Shown one piece after another: positions 28,566-40,694 of a stretch of 64,000 bases of DNA. The notes beneath the pieces were generated by a model. That model was not told the origin of the DNA. It worked only from the letters and a program-made list of their open reading frames with translations, and did not search any database. The stretch is from Lama glama. Its lineage: Eukaryota. The stretch covers positions 23,190,001-23,254,000 of the forward strand of contig CM052817.1 in the NCBI GenBank assembly GCA_028534125.1. Direction: 5' to 3'. Position numbers and translations under genes: made by a program. Within the stretch, counting starts at the first letter, position 1. Each line of letters starts with the position of its first letter.

Positions 28566-29054
28566 TTTAAAAGAACCATTAAATTAATCTTTTTGGGGTT
28601 CTTTTTTTTTTTGAGTCAGAATACAAATATATTGAACATGGTACCAAGAATCTTCCTGAGAGCCCTCTCACTACAGAAACCCAAATACTGGCTTTTGAGT
28701 CAACCAAACTCTAGCTGTCAGTGGTGTCACAGACCCTGCACACCACCCATTCCCCAAATTCAACTGGATTAGGCATATAGCTTACATTATAATCCTTTGC
28801 TCTGAGCTAAACTTAAAGCTGAGGCTATTGGTACAAAGAGGTCAGGATTGTTAGTTTTAAATCTTTGTTTACTTTTCAACAACCTTTTTCTTCTGGGTGA
28901 TGATCGAAGTTCTACAGGTGAAAAGAGCATCCAAGATGTAGAATGGTCCAGAACCAAGAGCCTGGAAAATGGTTCTCCCCAGCCCTATACTTTTGCAAGG
29001 TGAACTCTGAGGTTACCCAGGGGTCAGTCTCAAGCAGGGTAGAAACTCACAGCC

Positions 29055-29154
29055 NNNNNNNNNNNNNNNNNNNNNNNNNNNNNNNNNNNNNNNNNNNNNN
29101 NNNNNNNNNNNNNNNNNNNNNNNNNNNNNNNNNNNNNNNNNNNNNNNNNNNNNN
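29055..29154. other. Assembly gap (100 N)
   Basis: Run of N next to a GGAA repeat. Confidence 1.
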
Positions 29155-29194
29155 GGAAGGAAGGAAGATGGAAGGAAGGAAGGAAGGAAGGAAG
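29155..29194. repeat. (GGAA)n microsatellite
   Basis: Seen directly; probably extends into the gap. Confidence 0.9.
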
Positions 29195-31345
29195 AAAACT
29201 CTTCCCTTTAAGAGTTTCTTTTTCAAGCTGACTCCCCTTGGCAATCTGTCAGCTTTTGTTCACATTTTTAAAGCTTTATTTTTTGTGTTTTTGTCTTAAG
29301 TTTTAAGTTGTAGTTGGTTGGAAGGATGTGTTCTTTTGGGCTTAGACTACCGTGCTGAAACAAGAAGGAAGTCTGTTTCTTTACCTATGAATTCATTTTC
29401 CATTAAGATATTAGGGGTTTTGTTTGTTTTTGTTAATAGTATGTATCTGGAGAAGCATCAGAAGCTTGGCCTGTAAGGCTCTTCCTTCTGTCTTCTCTCT
29501 CTTCTCCCTAATGAAAGCTTTCCTTCTACATCGCAGCCACAGTTCCAGGGTGCTGAGGGGAGGAGAATGAAATGGACACTGTCAGACCTGCCTTTTCTTG
29601 TGATTATTGACTCTATATACCAGGTGACTGAAATTTTGGGCCACTCAGTTATAATCTGAAGTGTGGCTCTGGTAGCATTAATTTTCTGCCCTGGGGTGGC
29701 TAGTGGACAATAATCGGCTCAGGAGAATGTGTCTGTGTTTGTGAAAAAAGAAGCCTCAGTATCCACCTGCTATCTTACTTGTCCCTCACTCAAATCCGGA
29801 GACTGACTCTGCTCAGCTCTGTACTGCCAGTTCTTTTCCTCGTTAGGTCAAAGTGCCTTCTCTTTTCTCATGTGTTTTCCACTGGTTTTATTATAACTTC
29901 ACAGTCTTACATTTTCCTCTGACCTCCAGAACATCCCCATGACTGGACTAGGAGCTTGTGTTCGTTTTCCAACTTGTCAGCAGTAAGCATCTAAACACTT
30001 ACTTTTCATTATGTGATAAAGATATTGCAATAAATGTGATAAAGTTCAAGTTGTAAAGCAAAATTAGTTTGTTGGAAAAATACTCAGGTGATCATTATAT
30101 GTTAGCTTTAATGAGGTACTCTGCTCTTTGAGACCCAATTGTTTTCACAGTTAGAAAGCATCACGGCACTTTACTTTCTGTTAATTACAAAGAATTTAGT
30201 TTTAGAGATGAATACACCAAAAGCAGAATTCATAATTATCATAGTAAAATCTCCAGAGAATTTAAATAGGATATATTTCTAGACAAAATATTTCTCTTTA
30301 AATTAAAGTTTAAAATTCAATCTTTGATTCTGAGAGAAATGTCTGACTGGGCTTTTATGTAAATAATTTTAAAGTATTCTTGGTAGAACAAAGTTAACTA
30401 TGGGCTTTTAGATCTCTGTGCCATTAGCAACAAAATGGGTAGTTAAATTTTGGCTACTCCCGAAATGACTAGTAATAATTATAAAGGCTAAAAAGATCAG
30501 GGAAAAAACAACAAAGGAAATATGATATTTTAATAGTATAATACATTTTAAGTTAAAATTTTTATGAGCATAGTTATATAATGGAAAAAATTGAAATTGC
30601 ATTCAAACGATAACTTGTTAAATAAACTATGACCTGGAAAATTTCCTATATCAAAGTTAATATTTTGAATTTTTATTGAAAGGATGGCAGCATATTTAAA
30701 ATTATAAAAATATGATTCCATGAGAATCAGAGTGAAACATTACAGCATATACATGTATATACCATTTTGTGTGATTAGCTCACATTTCATTCTGAGAACT
30801 AACTGAATTGTTGAAGAATGCTTCCCATCAAAGATACGTATAAGTCAACTTTAGATTCTTTTTAAAAGTAGTGTATTTTAAAAGAGTATGTCACATTTGC
30901 AGTGCCGTTTTCCTTATTATCTAAGCTTTTTCTTGCTTTTTAAGTTCATATCATTAGCTTGCACTCAGTGTTCAGATGACCCTATTGAAAGCTATTTGGA
31001 GCTATGTCAGATATACCTTACATCTTAAATTTTACATTTCATTAAGTGATAAATATAGAAAAAAGCATTTTTCCTTTTCTTAACTCCATGTTCACATTAT
31101 TCCTTTTCTTCCCTTCATCTCTGGCTATATAGTAGCTATACACTAGACTACCAGAATGCCAGATTTGCTCACTGTATGCCTAAAAAAAAACCCAAAGATA
31201 TCTTGTTTCAGAACTGTTTTAATCAGCACTATGTAAGCTCTCTGAATAATGCATGATTTCTCTATGGGATCTCAATCCTTATCAGAGATATCTTCAAGTA
31301 TAGCACATTAGGTAACTTGCACTGGGTCTTATTAATTATATTCTT

Positions 31346-32502
31346 AATTTTTTATTGAAGTATAGTCAGTTTACAATATTGTGTTAATTTCTGATGTACA
31401 GCATAGTTATTCAAATATGTATATATATATGTATATATATACATATTTATATATATATATATTATATATATATACATATATACATAATATATATATATAT
31501 ATATATATTCCTTTCCATATTCTTTTACATTATAGGCTATTACAAGGTATTGAATATTATTCTCTGAGCTATATGGTATGACCTTGTTGTTTATCTATTT
31601 AACAATAGTAGTTAGTATCTGTAAATCCTGAACTCCCAGTTTATCCCTCCAGCCCTGCCTTTTCCCCCTGGTAACCGTAAGTTTGTTTTCTATGTCTGTG
31701 AGTCTGTTTCTGTTTTATAAATGAGTTCGTTTGTGTCTGTCTTTTTTGCTTTTTTTTGCTTTTTTTTTAGATTCCACAGAGGAGTGATATCATATGGTAT
31801 TTTTCTTTCTCTTTTTGGCTTCCTTCACTTAGAATGACAATCTCCAGATCCATCCATGTTGCTGCAAAAGGCATTATGTCATTATTTTATTCTTTTTTAT
31901 GGCTGAGTAGTATTCCATTGTATAAATATACCACATCTTTATCCACTCATCTGTAGATGGACCTTTAGGTTTCTACCATGTCTTGGCTATTGTAAATAGT
32001 ACTACTATGAACATTGGGGTGCATGTATCTTTTTGAATTGGAGTTCCCTCCAGATAAATGCCCTGGAGTGGGATTGCTGAATCATATGGTAAATCTAATT
32101 AGTTTTTTGAGGAATCTCCATACTGCTTTCCATAATGGCTATACCAAACTGCATTCCCACCAATAATGTAGGAGGGTTCCCTTTTCTATACACCCTCTCC
32201 AGCATTTATCATTCATGGACTTTTGAATGATGGCCATTCTGACTGGTGCGAGGTGATACCTCACTGTAGTTTTGATTTGCATTTCTCTGATAACTAGCAA
32301 TATTGAGCATTTTTTCATGCACCTATTGGCCATTTGTATGTCTTCATTAAAGAAATGTTTATTTAGGCCTTCTGCCAATTTTTAGATTGGGTTATTTGTT
32401 TTTTTGTTACTGAGTTGTATGAGCTGTTTATATAGTTTAGAAATTAAGACCTTGTCAGTCTCAATGTTTGCAAATATTTTCTCCCATGCTATTGGTTGTC
32501 TT
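31346..32502 (-). mobile_element. 5'-truncated cetartiodactyl-type L1 (ORF2 C-terminus + 3'UTR) with internal (TA)n
   Basis: 3' end ttttattgaagtatagtcagtttacaat. Minus ORF 32139-32378 ([18 protein letters not shown]...[17 protein letters not shown]...[16 protein letters not shown]) is the ORF2 C-terminal region. Probable TSD ttaattatattctt (31332-31345) / ttaagtacattctt (32503-32516). Confidence 0.95.
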
Positions 32503-34399
32503 TTAAGTACATTCTTTAAATGTCACTTTTCAAAAGTTGAATAAGAAAGCATTTTCACTTCAATATCATAAAATGAGCAAATATAGTAACTACGAGAACA
32601 TATAAATTTGATTCACTTTTATTATTGTTAAGAAAAGTCATTTAAAACATTACATGAGATTAAAGTTAAACAGCATGTCTTTTCAATTTCATACTAGGGC
32701 ACTCTAAAGGATTATTTAATTCTGTAGAAGAATATATTTTTATTTGATTTGCTATTTACTATTAGTTAGAGCCAAAACACAATAAAGTTACATGTGTTCT
32801 ACATCTTATCTAGCAGAGTTGCAAAAGATACCATCAAAGGCTACCTGATTTTTTGTTTGTTATTCTTGTTTTGTTGAATTTGGGGTTTTGTTTGTTTCTA
32901 ATTGGCATGTATAATTGTAACTATAGCAACAGTTTGGGTAATTGCAAGAGTTTGTAAGATTCTAGAGAACATATTCAAGTCTTGTAATAAAGGCAAACAA
33001 TACAGGGCAGCAAAAGGAGATTTCAGCAAACTTTGGAGGGGGTCCAAGAGACATCAAGGCTTATGCTCCCTGAGGTCCCTCTTACTTGCACAAAGATATG
33101 CACAGCCTTTGGATTGAAATTTTAAGATTTGTGTAATGAACCTTAGTCTCAGAGAACTTCACACAGGTGTTGCCAGCAGTGTCTTTTATGTCTCTCTGGT
33201 CACTTAGGTAAGCCAAGTTGTCTAATCTGTTACTCCAGAAGAAAGTCATCCTTAAACATATCCTGCTTATGCCAGGGGAGCTTCAGACTTTAAACAGTAG
33301 TATATCACAAATTATTAGTTAGTAAAGTAGGCCTATTTCAGCTAAGAATCAAACCAGATATCCCAGTATCTCCAGAGATAAGCATAGAGGTTTTCCTAGC
33401 TAACTATAAAATAACTCTATCCTGCATAAGAACATTAAACAGTTATAACCAACCCAGAAATCTTATTTTTACAATGTCTTAATCCCTATAAATCCCTATA
33501 AATACTGAAAGTTCAAAATATTCTTTATAACAGCTTTTCAGAATTGTAGTTTCTTCATTTATATATTGATAATCTTTGGCATGCACTTAATATTTTTATG
33601 TCACACATTTAAATTTTTAAAAATTAAATATGGAATTATATTTTATTTCAAAATCTTTTTTCCTTTGCCTGTCATTTTTTTTTCCTTCTTTCACTGCTTT
33701 TGATCTGCTTTTTCAGAGTTGCTCTGTGTCATTTGATTAAGAGAAAGAGGTTCTCAGACTGTGTGGTGTGATCCAAGCTCTCAGGTCCTTTATGAATGAG
33801 TTTCTAAGTTATTTTTATAGAATATAATTACAAGAAGGAACTCAGTTTATTGAGGTTATTCCCTGGCCCTTGAATAATTATGCTACCATGAGACTGAGAA
33901 TATTTCCCTCTACATTATCTAGAAGCAGAATTTCATAGGCATTGCATAAAACACACTGACAAAGTCTCTTACAAATTGCCTACAGTAGTTGCACTCATTT
34001 TTTTTGCATCTTCAGTGTTAATCCTTATGCTATTCCAAGTGAATGACTTAAGAACTGAGGCAACCATAATCCTTTTTTTCCACTTTAGTTTACTAGCCAA
34101 CACTGAGATGCTTGCAGTGAGGACTCCTTCCTTTACTCAGAATCTTTCAAAGGACTGGGATTTTTCTTTACTTATTTACTGTTATTTTTCAACTATTAAG
34201 TAGGTGGGATATGGAGGTTAGTAGGCTCAGTGCTTTAAACTGATATGAAATATAGTATATTTATTTGTTACATAAAGTGGGTTTGGTTTTAGACCATTAA
34301 AATATATCATTTTTGAATGGTTTTTTTTTAGGATAAGTTGAAAAATACAAAGTACATGAATAGACTGTGACCTAGAGATAAAAAATTTTTAAATTAAAC

Positions 34400-35280
34400 A
34401 ATTTTTTCAGTGTCTCCTACATGTAAGACATTCTTTTGGAGGCTTTGGACATAATATTGAACAAAACACATAAAAGCTTTGCTCTCATGAAGCTCATAGC
34501 TACATGATAGGAAACAGAAAATGCATAGAGAGATAAATGTTTTTATTCAACTAAGGGTTATGAGGAAACATATTCCAGAGTGGGGAGGATAAAATACGTA
34601 CATAGGAAGGGAAAGTACTCTGTTTTTTTTGGGGCTAGTAAATGAAGGTCTGTCTCAGCGATGTGACATTTGAGCAGAGATCTGAAGGAAGGGATGGTAA
34701 TAGCCTTGGAATTACCTCAGAGAAGAGATTCCAACCAGAAGGAAGTGTAAACACCCTGATGCCAGAGCATACTTGGCATGAGGCATGAACAAGGAGCAGT
34801 AAGGCAGCAAATAGCTAAGGCAGAGCACACAAGACAAAGGCTGGAAGGGGATCAGATCAGTGGAACAGCAAAGAACTGAACATGTAGAGCCTCATAGGCC
34901 AGTTTCAGAGATGGAAAGCCCCTGGAGAGTATAGAGTAGGGTAATTTACTTGGCTAACATGTGGAGAATGAACAGAAGAGGGTGAGGACAAAAGGAGAAC
35001 AGTTGGGTATTACTATAAGCCATGAGACAAATGGTAACTTGAACAAGAAGGCTGTTGGTGCATCTGGTGAGAAGTGGTTGGCATCAAAATATACTGGAAA
35101 GATGGAGCCACAAAAATTTGCTGGTAATTTGAGTGTAGGATATGAAACAAGATCAGTATAGAAAGATAAGTTTAGAATTTTGTTTTTGAGAAATCTGAAG
35201 GATTAAGCTTCCATTTACTGAAACTGTTGGAGAAAATTTGAGCAGGTAGAGGGTGGATCAGAAGTATGCTTTTGTATAAG
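34400..35280 (-). mobile_element. L2a LINE 3' fragment
   Basis: Antisense L2a: gtgacatttgagcagagatctgaaggaag, tgtagagcctcataggccag and ttccatttactgaaa. Confidence 0.85.
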
Positions 35281-36879
35281 TATTAATCAGATTAATGTCT
35301 CAGTGATATATATTTTAATTTTTTATTTTAATTCTTTTTTTTTTCAGGGAGAATGAGAGACAAAGGGAGAGAAGGAGAGTGAAAGGAAAGGAAGTAGCAT
35401 GAGAGAGTCATTGCTGAAAATGGGGATTCATGAAATAGTTAAAGTTAGAAGGATGACAGAAGTCAATCAAAATTATTTTCCTACATCAGTATTTCTGGAT
35501 AATCATGGGAAATTAGCTGATTTATTTGATTTATACAGAGACTTATTTTTTGTAGGACTGAATACATTGTTTCTTTTTACAATTTTTGGAGAGGCAATAT
35601 CTTTAAGATCCACTTGACTATTTTAATTTAATAACACATTTCATGGATCAAAAGAAATTTGGAAAAATCCATTTAATATTTACAATGGTAGCTGGGCTTG
35701 ATCTTAGATTTCATTTTATAAGCTCATCTTTGCTTTGGGTAAAACTCATTTTCAGAGAAGAAGTGGTGGAAGGGAGATGATAATAATACAGAGGTATTTC
35801 CTGTAAACTTCTATGGATGTCTTCACTGTTATTGATGAAAGCAAAGCTCTGATATTTGAGGTTATGAGTTTCTGAATTTATACACCGGGAAACCAATCTC
35901 CAAAGAACTACATTTTTACTAGCATCCTTTTGCAAAATAACACACACATTCACATAAAAGATTCCAGCTGCTTTGCTGAATTTTCCAACATCAGCTAAGT
36001 CAAGCACCCCACTAGTCACAGGTGACAAATAATGCTTGAACATCTGCTTGCTAACAATATAATCTGGCTCATTTACTATCACCAGTTTCCTGGTATTGTG
36101 CCCACAGGAGATGTTCAATAAATACTGAATGAAATGCTTCTACCTATTGAGAAGAATAAATAAACCTATGAGGTGGGGGAGTAATAATGCCATGGCCTTT
36201 CTTTTTTCCTTTAGAAGAAAAAGTGCAGGCCTTGTGAAATTTGTGAAATACATTGTGTTTTGATAATTTTGATAGCATGGTCTGAGTTTAGGATGAAGTC
36301 TAGTGCAGTTTACCCAGGAAATCTAAAATAGGTCAATGCCCCTGAGAAAGTTTCTTGGATTTGGAAGGACGATAATTTCAATTTCTGCTCAGTTTGTTTC
36401 CAGAGTAAGCAGTGATCCAAATGATTAAACTTCTACCACTGGGGATAGTTAGAATTCAGTTTCAGCTATCTGCGAATGAGTCAACAAATTGCAAGCTGTT
36501 TGGCGTATTGCCCATAAGAACAGTTAGTTTTAAATGTTCTTAGATAAGGCTCTGAAAATTCAATAAAATGAGGTGTATTATTTTTTCAAAGATGTGGCAA
36601 AACAGATTTTATGTTAAAATGTATAATCTTAAAGTGTTATCGTTATATTTCAAAACCTCATTTTGCATAATCTAATATAAATGTTTATTTAAAAATCCAC
36701 CAAAATATTTTAATTATCTGTATCTTAATTTAAAAGTATAGGTAAAAATTACAATAACATAACATGCACTTTCTTTTCTAACCTTTTTCTGTTGTACCTT
36801 TAATACATATTAACTTCTCTCAGGCAATTATTTCCTAACTCTCCTTTCTCCAACATGCCACACACATACAGACTCCCTC

Positions 36880-37490
36880 TCATTCAGTTCTCTCTTTCTC
36901 AGGATTATCCTGCTTCTTGTTTAACCAAGAAAATAGAAGCTAATAGAAATGAATGTTCATATTCTTCCATTACATTATCTAATAATCTACCTACATCTGT
37001 ACCCATAATCTCTGCTTTCCCTCCTGTCAAGGTCTTACTGCTCATTAGTGCAATAGCCAACATTTGTATCATCATGTCATCCATGTCTTTGATTCGGCAA
37101 TGATCTGTTCTTTCATTCATCATCAGTAGTACTCAGTAAGAATAAGAACAGATGGCAACATCTTCTGTGATAAAAAATCCTTCCTAAGCCCCTCCCATCA
37201 CCCACTCTCAACTGTAATCCCATCATCTGTTCTTTAGGGTAAAATTGCACCAAATATCTGCCTGTATGTGTTCTTTCTTGAGCACATTCCTATCCAATTT
37301 TGCCTCTTGAAATTTTTCTTACTGGGTCATCACTGACCTGATTAGGACATCTGAGAGTCAATTTTTACTCCTTATTTTACTCAACTATTTAACAGAATTT
37401 GATATAATTGACTTTTCATCTTTAAATATTTTACACACTATGGTTTCTGGGATATAGCAATTTCTTGGTTTACCTATTCCCTCACTTTTC
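36880..37490 (+). mobile_element. L2 LINE fragment
   Basis: Sense L2 motifs ttaaccaagaaaatagaagc, gggtcatcactgacctg and ttactcaactatttaacagaatttgatataattgac. Confidence 0.6.
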
Positions 37491-37780
37491 TGTTTTGACC
37501 TGCAAATAGGTATTGGAATACATTTTTGAGAAACCTTCTACAGGTGACAACTTCAGCTTTAGAAAAGATGAGGTGGTTTAATGATTCTGAGTACAAGAAA
37601 AGGGAGTTCTGAAAATAAGTTTGTTAATAAAATATAATTTAAAAAATTTGAGATATGGACTGAAAAATTGCATTGGATTTTAAAACTAGAAGCTTGAGAA
37701 CTTAGGGAACCCTGATACAGAAGATTGGTGTCTACAGAGTTTAGGGTGCTGAGGAAGAAAGTTCAGTCAGTAGTCTGTCT

Positions 37781-37938
37781 AGTAGTTCCCAACATTAATG
37801 TGCATATAAATTACCATAGGGCATAGGTAAAGATTTTGATTTCATGGGTCTGGGTCAGCCTCCAGAATGCATATTTCTGAGAGCTCCCAGATAATGATGC
37901 TGCTGTAGTGTCTATGGACCACACTTTGAGTAGCAAGA
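37781..37938. mobile_element. MER5A/B-like hAT MITE
   Basis: agtagttcccaac...gggtctgggt...gctcccagataatgatgctgctg...ggaccacactttgagtagcaag. Confidence 0.8.
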
Positions 37939-38133
37939 GTCTAGTCCTCTTTCAGGAAGTTTTGCCATTGAAATCAAATAGATAGGCAGTCAGAGGGTCT
38001 TAGGGGCATATAGACATGTATAAGTATTTTTAAAGAGATGTGAGTGGAACTTTTTTCTAAGCAATTAGGATGACTTTTGAAAATACAGAAGGTGAAGATA
38101 CATGAAGATGCAGGATAGAATAAGGGGCTGGGG

Positions 38134-38693
38134 TGTATAACTCAGGGCTTGATGAGAGAACCAGTATGGTATTTAATATGCATATACTGGAGAAGGTATA
38201 TATTTATATGTAATAATATTTTATAATTATATAAATTATATGTGTAAGTTATTTGTAATATAGTTCTATACATAGAATATACTTTGCAATATACAATGTT
38301 GTAGTGTGTAATATATAATAATATGTATATCATATATATATATATAATATTTAGAGACTTATAACCATGAATTGGCTTACATGATTGTGGGAACAGGTGA
38401 GGTAATTTTGAAATCCATCGAGCAAGCTATAAGGAATGGTGGGAGAGACCCTCTTGGGATAGGGTTATGCTGTAGTTCACAGGTAGAATTTCTTCTTTAG
38501 ACAAATGTGAGTTCTGCCATTACATCACTTCAAATTACTGGATTAGTCCCACTCAGATTATCTGGGATAATATTATAGTCAACAAATTGAAGATGTTAAT
38601 CACATCATAGCAATCATAGGTTTATGTTTGTTTTTGATTGAACAACTGGATACTGTAGCCTAGACAAGTAGACACATAAAAATGACCATTATA
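38134..38693 (-). mobile_element. MLT2-type LTR (3' LTR of an ERVL provirus) with internal AT-rich expansion
   Basis: tgtataactcagggc...agaaccagtatgg; gaattggcttacatgattgtgg; ends agacacataaaaatgaccattata and abuts the ERVL 3' internal sequence gtccacc. Confidence 0.85.
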
Positions 38694-40490
38694 GTCCACC
38701 TCATGTAAATTTGGCACCCATGCATACCTCCTTAAACCATACTTAATATCCAAATAAAGACAATGAAATAATTTCACTTGAGATGATTCAAATATCCTGC
38801 ATGTAACCAAAAACATGCTTCCTTTCCCCAAAGTCCTGAGGGATTTTTACTCTTCTACTTGATATCCTGTAACTTACATACTGCAATGTAAAGCTAACTG
38901 TTAGTAATATTTCTTATGTTAGATGGTAAGGAAATAAGAGAAGAAAACAAAATTGTTTATACACCCACACAGAAGCATGTTCAAAACAAAAAAGGGTGAA
39001 CTATTACAATTCTCATTTGTGCATCTGGTCATGTAGTCATAGTCATAAAACGTAGTCATAGTTTTAACTTCCTTCTTCCACTACCTATTCTATATTCCTC
39101 GCAGCAAGCACATCAGCTTGTCATGGCTCTTTGCCTGATAAGGTGATCCAGAACTTCATTCCTGCAGGGCCACTAGCAGCCCTGCCTGAATTCGACTGTT
39201 GCAGATTTCCACTGACTATAACCCCGGGGCGTGGTAGCACTAAGGGACTCTCCTCCTTAGCATGAGGAGCCCAACGTGGCTGAGTGGCAGTCTTCACTTC
39301 TATAGACTCATTGTTCTGTCTCCCAGTGGAAGCATTCTTCCCTTTGGGACTAAGACCTCTACATCAACATAAAATAAGGTCATGGGGATAATAAGCAAAA
39401 ATGTGCTAGTGGAAAACCAGGAGTAATAGTGAGAGATGCCACTCCCATTTCTACACCTTGATTCCTGTGCCTGTGAATCTGGCTGTCGGGAAAAGTAGCA
39501 TTATATATTGCCCACTGATTTAGAGCATATAGCCTCCAAGAGAGCATTGCCCCAGCGCTACCAGCTATAGCCAACTACTTAGCATTGCAACCAAGTCTTC
39601 AATATGCTATTCCACAACGCAGTTAAGCCAGCTGCTTCAGGATAGTGGGCAACATGGTAAGACCAGTAAATTCCATGAATGTGAGCCCTCTGTAACACAT
39701 TGTTTGCTGTGAAATGAATTACCTGATCAGAAGCAATGCTGTGTAGAGTACCAAAATGGTGTATTAAACACTCTATAAGTCTATGGATGGCAGTCTGGGG
39801 ATAAACATTGCATGTGGGGAAAATATTCATATCCAGAGTAAGTGTCCACTCCAGCAAGAACTAAATGTGGCTCCTTCCATGATGAAAATGTTCCGATATA
39901 ATCAACTTGCTGTTAGTTAGCTGGTTGATCACCTTGGGGAATGGTGCCGTATCAGGGACTGTGTTGACACTTGCTGCTGGCAAACTGGTCAGGAAGTGGC
40001 TGTTGCCAGATCATCCTTGGTAAATGGAAGTCCATGTTGCTGGGCCCATATATAACTCCTGTCCCTGTCACCATGACTACCTTGTTCGTAAGATCATTGG
40101 GCAGTAACAGGAGTAGCTGGGGGAAGACACTGACTGGTATCCACAAAATTGGTAATCCTATCCACTTAAATGTAAGATCCTCCTTTTCCAAAGTCACACA
40201 AATGGCACACAAATGGGGCAAAAATATCTTCACATTATTTGCTCAAAGTGGTCTGCCCACATATCTGTCTCTTCCTCACATTGCCTTGTCACCAGATTTT
40301 CAAGCGTATTTCTTCCAAATACAAGACCATCCAGCCAAACCATTGGTCACAGTTTATGGAATGATATAGATGCATACCCATGGTCGTTTCTCCTTCCAAG
40401 CAAGATGAATAGCCAGTTTAACTGCTTGATTTGGCTCACTTAGAGGTTTTCCCTTCAAGATTGTCTCAGAAAGAGTCTTCAGTGCTGTAG
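38694..40490 (-). pseudogene. pol: ERVL internal remnant: RNase H (part), integrase, dUTPase, 3' region
   Basis: Minus ORF 39579-39857 (HFGTLHSIASDQVIHFT...WSYHVAHYPEAAGL) is an ERVL integrase core. EVLVPKGRMLPLGD near 39320-39360 is dUTPase-like and lies downstream of IN, as in ERVL. Many stops and frameshifts. Confidence 0.9.
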
Positions 40491-40694
40491 TGCTGGAATT
40501 TCTTCTTCTTCAGCGAAACTGCAGTTCTAGGGTTAAATCCTTTCAACTGATTGGATCAGGCCCATCCAGATGATCTACTTTAATCCCCTTTACGTAGAAT
40601 CCATTGATTGTAGGTGTTAACCACTTACACAAAATGGTTTCACAGCGATGCCTAGATTAGTGAATACCTGGAGGCTATATCCTAGCCAATTACA
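40491..40694 (-). mobile_element. Partial MLT2-type LTR (outer part of the 5' LTR)
   Basis: gaatttcttc...cctttcaactgattggatcaggcccatccagat...gttaaccac...cctagcca parallels 38485-38665 in the same orientation. Confidence 0.75.

Noticed and set aside
32960..33300. Possible ERV1 internal fragment
   Set aside because: Only a vague resemblance; no diagnostic motif that I could verify.
35711..36118. 135-aa minus-strand ORF
   Set aside because: No recognisable motif or splice structure and a non-ATG start; cannot be supported as coding.
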